Shown here: positions 25,689 to 34,797 of the stretch, piece after piece
Layout of the letters: each line of letters begins with the position of its first letter
Numbering within the stretch: position 1 is the stretch's first letter
From: a virus
IMG/VR virus record: IMGVR_UViG_3300012944_000024
Location: 1 to 64,000 of that record
DNA: 64,000 nt
Strand: one strand, 5' to 3'
Translations under genes and position numbers: made by a program
Notes under the pieces: model-generated
The model's database searches: none
Told to the model about the DNA's origin: nothing
What the model saw: only the letters and a program-made list of their open reading frames with translations

Positions 25689-26020
25689 CGCCGATGCCTC
25701 AGCGGGTCACGCGTACCGTTCCGGAAGACCGGCCTCCCCACCCCTAGCTCATGCCCTGCCATCTGCACCGCGTTGCAGATCTCCTCGGGCAACCTGTTCC
25801 GACCCCCACCCTCGAGAGTGCGCCTCCACGACTCACGAAGATCGAACCGGAGCGTGCGCCGGACCATCTCCCCGCGCGCGGTGTCTTCGACGATCGTGAT
25901 GCTCAACTGCTCCCCGAACTCCTCGGATCTGACGAGCGCACGAAGACGCGTACCTCCCGGTCTCGGATCCCGCAATGCCACCTCGATCGCATCCTGCAGA
26001 CGAAAGAGGGTCGCGCTCAT
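25685..26020 (-). CDS. Hypothetical protein
   Basis: ATGA overlap with primase stop. Confidence 0.7.
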   Translation of the reverse strand: MSATLFRLQDAIEVALRDPRPGGTRLRALVRSEEFGEQLSITIVEDTARGEMVRRTLRFDLRESWRRTLEGGGRNRLPEEICNAVQMAGHELGVGRPVFRNGTRDPLRHRR

Positions 26021-27000
26021 GCTGCGAACCCCATCGACGCACGCAGCACCGCGATCGCGATCTGGATGGGCGAGGTGTCGACCGCGTCGGCCCCGCGCGT
26101 GGGGTACTCGAGCCGCACCATCTCGACGCGGCGCCGCAGCGCCCCTGCGATCTCCTCGGCCGCCTCGTCGCCGGCCTTGTCGGGGTCGGTCGCGAGGATG
26201 AGGCGCCGGAACGTCGCCAGCTTCGCGGCCTTGCGGTGGTCGAAGCGCGAGCCCGAGAGCCCGCAGAGCGCCGGGACGACGATCTCCTCGTCCATGTGCG
26301 AGAACGCCCGCTCGATCGCCAGCCCGTTCATCGCCCCCTCGAACACGATCCCCACCCGCCGGCCCGCCGGCTCGGGCCAGAGGTGCTCGCCCCAGAGCGC
26401 GCTCTTGTCGGGCCGCTCCGACGCATGCGCAGCCAGGTAGCGGGTCTCGTCGTCGACGAAGGTGCGCGCCGCGTAGTTGGCCAGCCGGCCCTGCCCATCC
26501 CACGTCGGCAGCACGATGCGGTGCGCGAGCCGCCCGTCGTAGGCGAGCCCGATCCGCCACCGCCCGACCTGGTCGTCGGTGATGCCGCGCGATCGCGCGT
26601 AGCTCTGCGCCATCCCCGGCCACTGGGCGAGCGGGCGGTTCTCCACCCCCGCGGGGATCCGGAACGGCTCACCGCGCGGCCCGACCGGCACGAACCGCAC
26701 GCGCACGTACGGGACCGACGCGGCCTCGCCCAGGTCGGCCAGCCACGCGCGCGCATCCTCGTAGGAGAGGGAGAGCACGAGCACCACGAGCTCGAGCAAC
26801 CGCCCGCCGCCTTTGCATGAGTAGCAAAAATACTGCCCGGCGCGGTCGCCCTCGGGGCGGACGAAGAAGTTTTGCCATCGGTGTGCAGGATTCGGGGCCC
26901 CGTGGGTCGGTAGGGGACAGTCCTCGCCCCAGATCCGGTCACCCTTGCGGCGCACCTTGATCCCGAGCTTCGCGATTGCCGCTTCGACGTCGACCCCCAT
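26017..27000 (-). CDS. dnaG: DnaG-type DNA primase
   Basis: CPLPTH...CYSC zinc domain, RIVLP, TOPRIM FEGAMN and ATDPDKAG. Confidence 0.9.
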   Translation of the reverse strand: MGVDVEAAIAKLGIKVRRKGDRIWGEDCPLPTHGAPNPAHRWQNFFVRPEGDRAGQYFCYSCKGGGRLLELVVLVLSLSYEDARAWLADLGEAASVPYVRVRFVPVGPRGEPFRIPAGVENRPLAQWPGMAQSYARSRGITDDQVGRWRIGLAYDGRLAHRIVLPTWDGQGRLANYAARTFVDDETRYLAAHASERPDKSALWGEHLWPEPAGRRVGIVFEGAMNGLAIERAFSHMDEEIVVPALCGLSGSRFDHRKAAKLATFRRLILATDPDKAGDEAAEEIAGALRRRVEMVRLEYPTRGADAVDTSPIQIAIAVLRASMGFAA

Positions 27001-27428
27001 CAGAGCCCCGGGACGAGCTCGAACATCCGCTCGTAGAACGCGCGGAAGGGGCACCACTTGAGGAACTCCGCGCGTGTGAAGTAGGTCACCGGGCAACCCG
27101 CCTCGCACTGGCGTGAAGTGCCGTACGTATGGACCCGGAACACGCATGCGAATCCCCCACGGTGCGGTTCAACCTTTGCGGTTGCCGCGGAGTAGATGAG
27201 CGTCCTCTCGAGCGTCTGCAGCCCCGTCTCCTCGAAGAGCTCTCGCTCCTGCGCCTGCTCAACCGTCTCGCCGTCCTCGACGAGACCCCCCGGGAAGGTC
27301 CACCCGCCGTACCGCTTGTTCCAGACGACCAGCAGCCCCTCGCTGATGTCGGTGGGCTTGTTGCGCCACATCCCCCCATCGAGCCCGCAGACGTAGCTGA
27401 TCGCCGCCATCTTCTTCGAGTCGTCCAT
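27000..27428 (-). CDS. NUDIX hydrolase
   Basis: [25 protein letters not shown] Nudix box. Confidence 0.93.
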   Translation of the reverse strand: MDDSKKMAAISYVCGLDGGMWRNKPTDISEGLLVVWNKRYGGWTFPGGLVEDGETVEQAQERELFEETGLQTLERTLIYSAATAKVEPHRGGFACVFRVHTYGTSRQCEAGCPVTYFTRAEFLKWCPFRAFYERMFELVPGL

Positions 27429-27431
27429 CGC

Positions 27432-27680
27432 TCAGCCTCCGTCCGTGTCGTCCTGGGAACCCGGGTTCCCAGCCTCGAGCCCCAGGATCCGGACCGCCTT
27501 GAGGAAGTCGCGCACGAGCAACTCGCTGCGCGCGATCGCCCGCTTCAGCTCGACGGCGATCTTCCACGCCTTGTCCCAGTCGCTCTCGGCGTGCGCGAGC
27601 TGCAGATCCTTCTCACACCGCAGCACCTGGCGGAACGAGCGCGTCATGTCCGCGCCGATCTTCTTCGCAGTGCGCGCCAT
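27432..27680 (-). CDS. Hypothetical protein
   Basis: 82 aa, TGATG overlap; tail GNPGS from palindrome. Confidence 0.65.
   Translation of the reverse strand: MARTAKKIGADMTRSFRQVLRCEKDLQLAHAESDWDKAWKIAVELKRAIARSELLVRDFLKAVRILGLEAGNPGSQDDTDGG
27455..27470. repeat. 16-bp palindrome copy 6
   Basis: Exact; CDS tail (GNPGS). Confidence 0.98.
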
Positions 27681-27871
27681 CAGCGCGACCCGCCCACTCG
27701 CTTCGCTCTCGTCGCCTGCTTGCGCAGCAGCCGCACCTGCTCGGGGTCGAGGTCAGGGGTGAAGGTGCCCCGCTGGATGTTCGCCCGCTCGTAGTCGACG
27801 AGCACGATCGCCGCCCGCACCACCTCGCTCGCGAGCTCCTCGTCGGGCGTCTTCTTCGTGTTGAACCTCAT
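27680..27871 (-). CDS. Small hypothetical protein
   Basis: ATGA overlap with dnaB stop. Confidence 0.65.
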   Translation of the reverse strand: MRFNTKKTPDEELASEVVRAAIVLVDYERANIQRGTFTPDLDPEQVRLLRKQATRAKRVGGSR

Positions 27872-29310
27872 CGTGCGCCCCACTTGCCCTTCTTCTCTTT
27901 GACCGCGATCTGGTCCACCGGGTTGCCCCCCTTGCCTCCCGATGCCGTCACGTCGTACTCAACCGGCTTGCCCCCCTCGATGCTCCCGCGGTCCGGGTCC
28001 CAAGCGAACTCGATCGCCAGCGGCCACTTGCCGTAGCGCTGCTTGAGCACGTCGATCTCGAGCGAGTCGTCGGTGACGGGCTTCCAGAGCGCTGGGCGGT
28101 GGACCCCGATGATGTTGTCGGCCACCTCCACCCACGCGCCCGATCCCTTGATCCCCTCGCGCGTCGGGCGCTTGTCGGGCCGCGCCTCGATGTCCTTGAG
28201 CCTCTGCTGCTGCACCAGGATGCAGTGCACGTCGAGCTCCTCGGCCATCGCCTGCTGGCGGTAGAGCGCCTCCTCCTCCTCCTCGGGGGCCGCGTTGGCC
28301 AGGCACCGCTTCCAGAGGTCGGCCACGAAGACCGAACACCCGCTGTCGGCGATGTACCCCTGGACGAGGTCGAGATTGCGCTCGTTGCTCTTGCCCTTCT
28401 CGCCCGCGCGCCGCCGGAACGGGTTGGCGAGGAAACGCACATACCTCGAGATCTCCGTCATGCGCGAGCGCAATAGCTCGAGCCCCGCCTCGTCGAGGTT
28501 GCCGACCATCAGGTCGGTCCGCTTCCAGCCGAGCGAGAGGCAGGCGAGCAGCTCGAGCGTCACCCCGCCCTTCATTTCCCACGCCCCGTAGAGCACCTTG
28601 CGGCGCAGCCGGGCGAGCCCGAGGGTGATGCGCGCGGTCACCGTCGTCTTGCCCGCCCCGGAGATCCCCGTCACCACCGTGATTAGCCCGGGGGCAGCGG
28701 CGGGGATCATCCGCCGGTTCTTCGGATCACCCACGTCGTAGAGGTCGAGCCCGGGGACCCCGAACGGGTAGACCGCCCGCCCGCTCATGCGCTTTCTCAC
28801 GTCCTCGACCTGCTCGGCCACCACCCGCTCCGGATCGAGTAGGTGCTCCCGATCCCCCATCCCGTCGAAGCTCGTCGACACCGCGCGCGCGAGCCCGCGG
28901 ACCCGACTGATCTCCTCACCCTTCTCGAGGCTCTCGAGCAGGCTGGCGATCGGACCGGTCAGGGCGGTGTGGCGCTGCTTGTCGCCGAGGAGCTGCTCGA
29001 CCCAGTAGGCGAACGTCTTGCGCGCGGGCGCGTCGGGCCTCGCCCTCATCAGCTCCGCCAGGTACGCGGAGTCGACCTGCCCGCCCGAGAGCCGCGAGAG
29101 CGTCGCGGGGTCCGCGGCAAGCTCCTTTCGCACCGCCTCCTTGATCGCCTTCTGGATCTGCTGGTGCTCGGGTACGAGAAAGACGTCGGGCGGGTGGCGC
29201 TCTGCGAACTCCTTGCGGTACTCGGGGCTCGCGAGTTGCGCGGCGATCACCTGCTGTTCGTTCAGAGGGTCGGATCGAAAAACGAGCTCGCGCCACTTTT
29301 GGTCAGCCAT
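27868..29310 (-). CDS. dnaB: DnaB-like replicative helicase
   Basis: GISGAGKT, WEM, FVADLW, LVQQ...KRPT...IKGSG....VAD, KQRYG. Confidence 0.92.
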   Translation of the reverse strand: MADQKWRELVFRSDPLNEQQVIAAQLASPEYRKEFAERHPPDVFLVPEHQQIQKAIKEAVRKELAADPATLSRLSGGQVDSAYLAELMRARPDAPARKTFAYWVEQLLGDKQRHTALTGPIASLLESLEKGEEISRVRGLARAVSTSFDGMGDREHLLDPERVVAEQVEDVRKRMSGRAVYPFGVPGLDLYDVGDPKNRRMIPAAAPGLITVVTGISGAGKTTVTARITLGLARLRRKVLYGAWEMKGGVTLELLACLSLGWKRTDLMVGNLDEAGLELLRSRMTEISRYVRFLANPFRRRAGEKGKSNERNLDLVQGYIADSGCSVFVADLWKRCLANAAPEEEEEALYRQQAMAEELDVHCILVQQQRLKDIEARPDKRPTREGIKGSGAWVEVADNIIGVHRPALWKPVTDDSLEIDVLKQRYGKWPLAIEFAWDPDRGSIEGGKPVEYDVTASGGKGGNPVDQIAVKEKKGKWGAR

Positions 29311-29332
29311 GCCGACTCAGCGCGATACCGAT

Positions 29333-29689
29333 TTACGATCGCACTTCGAACACGCGGTACGTACGCGTCGGCTCACCCATGAACGTGAGCTGGATCTTGT
29401 CGCGCACGTTCGGTCGCCTCGTCCACCACCACACCCACCGATCCAACCGCCACGGCGGCGGATTGAAGATCTCGTACTCGTGCCCCATCCCATTCGTCAC
29501 TCGCGCACGATCAAAGCGTCCGACTAACGCGCAGCAGAGATAGTTGAAAATGATCCACACTTCGAGCAAGGCGATAGCGATCCACGCGACGAGCAAGATG
29601 ATGTACCCCACGCGCTCGACGCTCGGCGGCAGGCTGCGCGTGGTCGTCGACTTCAGCCACACGCAGACATCGATCCACGCCGGCAGCAT
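29333..29689 (-). CDS. Hypothetical membrane protein
   Basis: Hydrophobic segment YIILLVAWIAIALLEVWIIF. Confidence 0.6.
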   Translation of the reverse strand: MLPAWIDVCVWLKSTTTRSLPPSVERVGYIILLVAWIAIALLEVWIIFNYLCCALVGRFDRARVTNGMGHEYEIFNPPPWRLDRWVWWWTRRPNVRDKIQLTFMGEPTRTYRVFEVRS

Positions 29690-30192
29690 CACCCGCCCTG
29701 CCGGACGCAGTGCACGTGGTAGTCGGCGACGAGAGAGCCGAAGCAGAACTGCAGGCGCCAGCCGATGCGCTGCCCATCGCGCTGGTTCGCGCGCCGCCAC
29801 GCCTCGCGCTCGCCCTCGCGCCGCCACACCCACTTCATGAACAGGACCGACTTCGCTGCGTCCCCGGCGAAGTCTTTCGCGATCAACCGGTTTGCCGACG
29901 AGGTCGCGAACATCCGGCTCTTGCGATCGAGGTCGGCCACGACCCCGTAGACCTGCTCGTGCATCCACTCGTAGAGCGCGACCAGGTGGGCGCCACTAGC
30001 CCCCTCCCACTCGCCGCTCTCCGCCATCGCCTGCATCTCCGCCTTGCTCTTGGCGTCGCCGTAGAGGCGCCTCGGCTGCACCGGCGCGTCGGCGAACTCG
30101 GCGAGCGTCATGGAGCGCAGGCGCTTGGCGCTCTTGGGCTCCTCGGGGGGCTGGGTCGGGATGGGCTGATTGTGAGGGCGGAGGCGGCCCAT
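29689..30192 (-). CDS. Hypothetical protein
   Basis: TGATG overlaps; coherent ORF. Confidence 0.7.
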   Translation of the reverse strand: MGRLRPHNQPIPTQPPEEPKSAKRLRSMTLAEFADAPVQPRRLYGDAKSKAEMQAMAESGEWEGASGAHLVALYEWMHEQVYGVVADLDRKSRMFATSSANRLIAKDFAGDAAKSVLFMKWVWRREGEREAWRRANQRDGQRIGWRLQFCFGSLVADYHVHCVRQGG

Positions 30193-30710
30193 CAGACGCG
30201 CGCCTGCTGAACGGCCGCGAACACCATCTTCAGGCTCTCGATGTACTCGGCCACCTTCTGCGCTCGGATTGCCCGCGCGACCACGGCGAGCTCCGCGTGC
30301 ACGCGCGCGACCGCCTGCGCCTCGCTCTCGCCCTTGCGGACCGCGCTGGTCGCGCGGAACGGGCCGACCTCGATCCCATGAAACTGGATCGGCTGCATGT
30401 ACTCCTTGCCCCAGACGACCTCGACGACATGCGCGCCGTCCGCGATCATCTCGGCAGGGAAGTCGTGGGTAACGATCGCCGGAGGGGAGGCGGGATGCGG
30501 GAGGCGGGGGTCGAGACCATTCGGTTCTGGCTTCCCGTTCCCCTGGCTCCGCGCCGCCGCGGGCGCGCTCGCCTCCGGGCAGCCGTCGAGATGCTGGCCG
30601 ACCTGGAAGCACTCGGGGCACGCGACCTGCGAGGTCGGCGGCGGGGCCGGTTCTTGCGCGGCGGCTGCGGTGGTCTCTACGGGGCCTGTCGTCGTGGATC
30701 GAACTCTCAT
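30192..30710 (-). CDS. Hypothetical protein
   Basis: MRVRSTTT...; CPEC...H..GC motif. Confidence 0.7.
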   Translation of the reverse strand: MRVRSTTTGPVETTAAAAQEPAPPPTSQVACPECFQVGQHLDGCPEASAPAAARSQGNGKPEPNGLDPRLPHPASPPAIVTHDFPAEMIADGAHVVEVVWGKEYMQPIQFHGIEVGPFRATSAVRKGESEAQAVARVHAELAVVARAIRAQKVAEYIESLKMVFAAVQQARV

Positions 30711-30726
30711 CGTGGTTGACCTCGCC

Positions 30727-32190
30727 TTATACCGACCGGAGCCGGCGAATGTACTCCGACCCCTCGATCCATTCGCCATTCCACAACGCGCGCACCCGAA
30801 ACCACTTGTTCAAATTCTCAATCACTCTGCGTCCATAAACGTGGATATCGTGCAAGTACCAAAGGCGACCGGATTCCTTCCCACTCGCACTACGGCAGAG
30901 TCTCCCCTTCGTTTGATTCACCTGCTGACGATTGTTTCCGATCGGGGTCACGCAGATCCCGCGTGACACGGTGGGCAAGTCGAGTCCCTGCGCGATCGCC
31001 TGGTACGTCCCCACCCCGGCCATCTTGCGATCCTCACCCTGCCCGACGCGCAGCCCCGATGCGGTTCGAAAGAAAACTTCCTCCTGCCCCTTGCCCCCAA
31101 GCATCACCCCACTGCGGTACCCGCGCGCCACGAGCTCAGCGTCGAGGCTGCGCGCGTGCTCGACCCGGTGGGTGAAGAGCAAAACCTGCTCGCCCTGCTT
31201 CATCTCGAGCTCGGCGATCGAGAGCGCGAGCGCGTTGCGCGCCTCGTCACTCACCATCTGGGCCAGGAGCTTGTTGAAGTCCTGGCGGTAGCGGTACCAG
31301 GGCGCGCGAAACTCAGTGGGCACCACGCAGATCTCCACGTCCACGATCGCCCCTGACTCGATGAGTCGTTCGGGCGCGATCTCACACGCGACCTCGCCGA
31401 AGAGGTCGCGTGTGAGAAACTCCTTCTGGTCCTTGCGACTCGAGTCGGCCGAGACTCCGATGCGGTAGCGCGACCGGAACGGATCGACCGACGCGAATAG
31501 AGTCGGGGCCGCGAACCTCTGCACCTCGTCGCACGCGACGACGTCGTAGCGATAGGCGAGCTCATGATCCCCACGCTCGAACCGGCTCACGATCGTCTGC
31601 TGCATCGCCAAGTCGAGCCACTCGTGACCCCCGTCGCGGTCGCCGCGCACCACGCCCGGCTCGAACCCAAGCTCCTCCACGCACCGCGTCCTCCATTGCT
31701 CGAGCAGGTTGCCCGTCCAGACCATCACGAGCGCGCGGCGCTTGAGGCGCGCGAGCAGCCCGAAGAGAGCGCACGTCTTACCCGCCCCGGTCGCCGCATG
31801 CAGCAGGCAGTTCTGCTGACGCTCCGCCGCGTCGATCATCTCGCGCTGGTAGTCGCGCGCCACCTTCAGGTGGTCTGGGAACCCGGGTTCCCAGTTCTCC
31901 CAGACGCGCGCGTCCTCGACCTCCCAGGTGAGCCCGTGCGAGCGGAGCACGCTGCGCACGCGCGCGAAGCCGCCGCGCGGGAAGCTGATCTCGCCGCCCG
32001 GTAGGGCGGGGTCGTCGACGCAGACGAACGTCTCGTAGCGCTCGGGCTCCCCGGTCCCCGCGATCGTGCTGGGCGAGAAGGCGGGGTTGTCGTGGGTGAA
32101 CTGGCGCTCGAGGTCTCGACGCACTCGATCACCAATCGGTTCGAGCGCGATCCGGATCCTCGAGTCGAGCAGGATGCGCACGTCGGCCAA
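30727..32190 (-). CDS. SF2 (XPB/Ssl2/UvsW-like) helicase
   Basis: RDYQ, ATGAGKT, DEVQ, GVSA, QGLDLP, QTKGRLCR; TTG start. Confidence 0.92.
   Translation of the reverse strand: MADVRILLDSRIRIALEPIGDRVRRDLERQFTHDNPAFSPSTIAGTGEPERYETFVCVDDPALPGGEISFPRGGFARVRSVLRSHGLTWEVEDARVWENWEPGFPDHLKVARDYQREMIDAAERQQNCLLHAATGAGKTCALFGLLARLKRRALVMVWTGNLLEQWRTRCVEELGFEPGVVRGDRDGGHEWLDLAMQQTIVSRFERGDHELAYRYDVVACDEVQRFAAPTLFASVDPFRSRYRIGVSADSSRKDQKEFLTRDLFGEVACEIAPERLIESGAIVDVEICVVPTEFRAPWYRYRQDFNKLLAQMVSDEARNALALSIAELEMKQGEQVLLFTHRVEHARSLDAELVARGYRSGVMLGGKGQEEVFFRTASGLRVGQGEDRKMAGVGTYQAIAQGLDLPTVSRGICVTPIGNNRQQVNQTKGRLCRSASGKESGRLWYLHDIHVYGRRVIENLNKWFRVRALWNGEWIEGSEYIRRLRSV
31877..31892. repeat. 16-bp palindrome copy 7
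   Basis: Exact; inside SF2 helicase (WEPGFP). Confidence 0.98.
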
Positions 32191-32219
32191 GGTTGGACGA
32201 CTATGCCGGGTGCTCCTGC

Positions 32220-32340
32220 GATCTCCGATCTCGCACCTTCACACGAACCGATTTTCGCAGAAGATCTATTTAGAGATCTAAGATCGAAGAGGAGAGAAGA
32301 AGATCTTCTGATCTCTCTTTCTCGATCTACTTCTTCGATC
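32220..32340. other. AT-richer non-coding tract with clustered GATC/AGATCT (candidate origin or control region)
   Basis: About nine GATC within 120 bp, imperfect inverted repeat, at the boundary of structural and replication modules. Confidence 0.45.
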
Positions 32341-32359
32341 CAACAGGCAGCGGGAAGAG

Positions 32360-32389
32360 GTTCTAGGGGAAACCCACGACCCTCGTCAA
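32360..32389 (-). promoter_or_regulatory. Sigma70-like promoter TTGACG-N18-TAGAAC
   Basis: Near-consensus -35/-10 upstream of the replication gene block. Confidence 0.4.
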
Positions 32390-32412
32390 GCAAGAAGTTT
32401 CGACGCTCGATT

Positions 32413-32715
32413 TCACAAGCGTCTGAGAGCCGCGTCGATGTGGGGTGGGGCGCGGCGCAGCTCGAGTTGGCACGTGAGCAGCTCGGGATCGATCTCGAAG
32501 GGTTCGGTGATCCAGGTCTGGTCGTTGAGAGGGTGGGCGTAGACGGCGTCGGGCGCCTCGGAGCGCGCGCGCCGCCAGCGCAGCTCGCGATCGACCACGA
32601 CCTCACCGCCGTCGAAGGGGACGCGGGCCCGGATCCCCGAGGCGAGCGCGTTGAGCATCCAGGTCCCGGGGCGGGAGAAGCGCGCGTCGTACTCGAGCGT
32701 CCAGATCAGGCTCAC
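32413..32715 (-). CDS. Hypothetical protein
   Basis: 100 aa, GTGA overlap. Confidence 0.6.
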   Translation of the reverse strand: MSLIWTLEYDARFSRPGTWMLNALASGIRARVPFDGGEVVVDRELRWRRARSEAPDAVYAHPLNDQTWITEPFEIDPELLTCQLELRRAPPHIDAALRRL

Positions 32716-32894
32716 GGGGCAGGGCGGCGCGCCTTGGGAACCCGGGTTCCCGGACGGTGCGTCCGGAGATCGTCACGCCCGAGAAGGCTCACCTGCCCGA
32801 GCGCGGCGCTCTGCCGCATCGTCAGCGTGTCCTCCTTGGGCTCGAGGAGAAAGGCGACTACCATCGGGGCGGTGAGGATCCGGACCCGGATCAC
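32712..32894 (-). CDS. Small hypothetical protein
   Basis: Abuts holin-like gene; tail GTRVP from palindrome. Confidence 0.5.
   Translation of the reverse strand: MIRVRILTAPMVVAFLLEPKEDTLTMRQSAALGQVSLLGRDDLRTHRPGTRVPKARRPAP
32736..32751. repeat. 16-bp palindrome copy 8
   Basis: Exact; CDS tail (GTRVP). Confidence 0.98.
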
Positions 32895-33320
32895 TCAGAC
32901 CTGCGGGGGCATGGCGGGAGGGGGGATGGAGCGGGCGACCGCGACCTTCTGGGTCGGCGGGACGATCTCCTTGCCGCCCCGCGCGCTCTCCACGAACGCC
33001 TGGTGGCCAAAGACGGCCCCGATCCCCGACATGAGCCCGTCCACCACCGCCGCCACCCAGGGCTTGCCGGCGATGATCTCGGTGCTCGAGGTGCCGAGCA
33101 CGCCGAGCACGACTGCGATCCACGGCAGGTAGCGGGCGGGCAGCCGGCTCGCCACCCAGGTGGAGAGCCATCCCTGCTTGGCCAGCATGATGAGCCACAT
33201 CGTCACGATGGCCCCGACCAGCGGCCACGCGTGCGCGTTCCACGCGGCGAGCAGCTGGGGGAGCAGGGCGGGATCGAGCGAGTCGGTCGTCTGGATGAGC
33301 GCGGCGAGGAGGGTGGGCAT
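32895..33320 (-). CDS. Holin-like membrane protein
   Basis: Three hydrophobic segments, RYLPWIAVVLGVLG; downstream of tail genes. Confidence 0.65.
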   Translation of the reverse strand: MPTLLAALIQTTDSLDPALLPQLLAAWNAHAWPLVGAIVTMWLIMLAKQGWLSTWVASRLPARYLPWIAVVLGVLGTSSTEIIAGKPWVAAVVDGLMSGIGAVFGHQAFVESARGGKEIVPPTQKVAVARSIPPPAMPPQV

Positions 33321-33380
33321 CGTGGGAAGTCATCCTCACCCCCGCGAGCTTGGCGCGCACCCTTCCGGCATCGGGGAGGG

Positions 33381-33704
33381 ATGCGGTTCGTCGCCACCCT
33401 TAACTCGAGAATCCCAACCGGCCACCCCCATAGCCCCACCATCGGGACTCCGTCTTCTGACTATCGGAAGATCATCGAGGCGCCGAACTGGGTCGATGCG
33501 CGCCGCTACGCCCAGACGATCGATCCGAACTCGGTCGTGGTGAGCGCAACCCCCGCGGATGCTCAACCCACCGATGTGGAGCTGCGCTGGATCGGCCACG
33601 ATGGCGCCGAGGGCGGCGGACCCAATGCGAAACGCCTGCAGCACCGAAGTCGAGAACCAAGGTTCTCGACTCGCGACGCCGAGACGGGTTGGCAGGATCT
33701 CTGA
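33381..33704 (+). CDS. Hypothetical protein (opposite-strand moron)
   Basis: GGGGAGGG RBS, MRFVATLNSR... Confidence 0.65.
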   Translation: MRFVATLNSRIPTGHPHSPTIGTPSSDYRKIIEAPNWVDARRYAQTIDPNSVVVSATPADAQPTDVELRWIGHDGAEGGGPNAKRLQHRSREPRFSTRDAETGWQDL

Positions 33705-33724
33705 TCCGGGCATCGTGGATCCGC

Positions 33725-34129
33725 ATGGGCCAGTACGAAGACACCGCCGCGAAGTTCTTCCGCACCGCGCTCTCCTCGGAGTTGCTGCGTGACACTGTAC
33801 GGGAACGACAGCTCGCCGAGCTGTTCGCGCAGTATGCGAGTCAGGTCCCCCGCGCAGAGCCCGATACCCTGAGCGCGTGGCGCGAGATCGATGGCGCAGT
33901 CCCCGAGATGCTCGAGCGCGTCTACACCACCATCAACGCGGGAACGCGCGGGGAGATGAACCTCGTGGGCAACGTGGTCAACTACCGCGCCGGCGCATCC
34001 TGGATGCTCGTCGTGAACGGCAGGATCATCCGCCAATCCGAGCTCATCGAAGGACCGGAGCCGATGGGCGATGCGAAGCGCGCGTGCGACGACTTCCGCG
34101 ATCGCATCGTCGCGATGTGGAACTCGTGA
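33725..34129 (+). CDS. Hypothetical protein (opposite-strand moron)
   Basis: MGQYEDTAAKFF..., coherent codon usage. Confidence 0.7.
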   Translation: MGQYEDTAAKFFRTALSSELLRDTVRERQLAELFAQYASQVPRAEPDTLSAWREIDGAVPEMLERVYTTINAGTRGEMNLVGNVVNYRAGASWMLVVNGRIIRQSELIEGPEPMGDAKRACDDFRDRIVAMWNS

Positions 34130-34148
34130 TCGCGCTTCACGAAGCCCG

Positions 34149-34673
34149 CTAGCGCTCGCGCCGCGTGTCACCGCGCGGGGTCACGGCGGGCATGTTGGCG
34201 ACCGAGACCTTTCGACCGAGCTCGGTCTTGATCTCCTTGAGCACCTCGTTCTGGTGGGCGAGGGTGACGTTCTGGGTGCGAAACTCCCCGGCCAGATACT
34301 CCTTGCTGACCATCGAGGCGCGCATCGCCTCGGCCTGGTCGACCGCCTCGCTTGCCGTCTTGTCGATCGCGAGCAGCTTGCCCCCCATCGTGATCTCGTT
34401 CTTCTCGAGCGCGACGATCCTCGCCTGGTTCTCGCGCGCCTCGTCGCGCGCCCGACTCGCTTCTTCGTACGCCGCCCGCGCCGATGCCGCGCACTCGTCG
34501 CGCACGCGAAGCGTCTGCGCGGCCATCCCGTCGAGCTGCAGCTGCAAGAGGCGACGCTCCGACGTGTAGGCGCTCCGACCGAGCCACGCCACGATGGTCG
34601 CCACGATCCCCGCGAGCGTCCCGAGTAGCCCGAGGACGGCCCCGAGGGAGATCTTGAGGTTCTCGAGGTCCAC
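34149..34673 (-). CDS. Single-TM coiled-coil protein (lysis-associated?)
   Basis: N-terminal TM LGAVLGLLGTLAGIVATIVAWLG then long coiled coil. Confidence 0.65.
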   Translation of the reverse strand: MDLENLKISLGAVLGLLGTLAGIVATIVAWLGRSAYTSERRLLQLQLDGMAAQTLRVRDECAASARAAYEEASRARDEARENQARIVALEKNEITMGGKLLAIDKTASEAVDQAEAMRASMVSKEYLAGEFRTQNVTLAHQNEVLKEIKTELGRKVSVANMPAVTPRGDTRRER

Positions 34674-34720
34674 GCCAGGCCAGGGTGGACCGCAGGGGCG
34701 AAAAGCCGCAAGCAACGATA

Positions 34721-34744
34721 GGACTGGACAAGCTTGTCCAATCC
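34721..34744. promoter_or_regulatory. Operator-like palindrome TGGACAAGCTTGTCCA (34725-34740)
   Basis: Perfect 16-bp dyad with GGA/TCC flanks between divergent genes. Confidence 0.6.
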
Positions 34745-34797
34745 GCTACCGTCGTGATCGTGGGTGCCGAGCGCGCCCCGAAAGGATCCTGGGGACC

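Noticed and set aside
33367-33715. GGCATCG before both plus-strand morons as GGCATAG variants
   Set aside because: Spacing fits (7 and 9 nt) but GGCATCG is too common here to count as evidence
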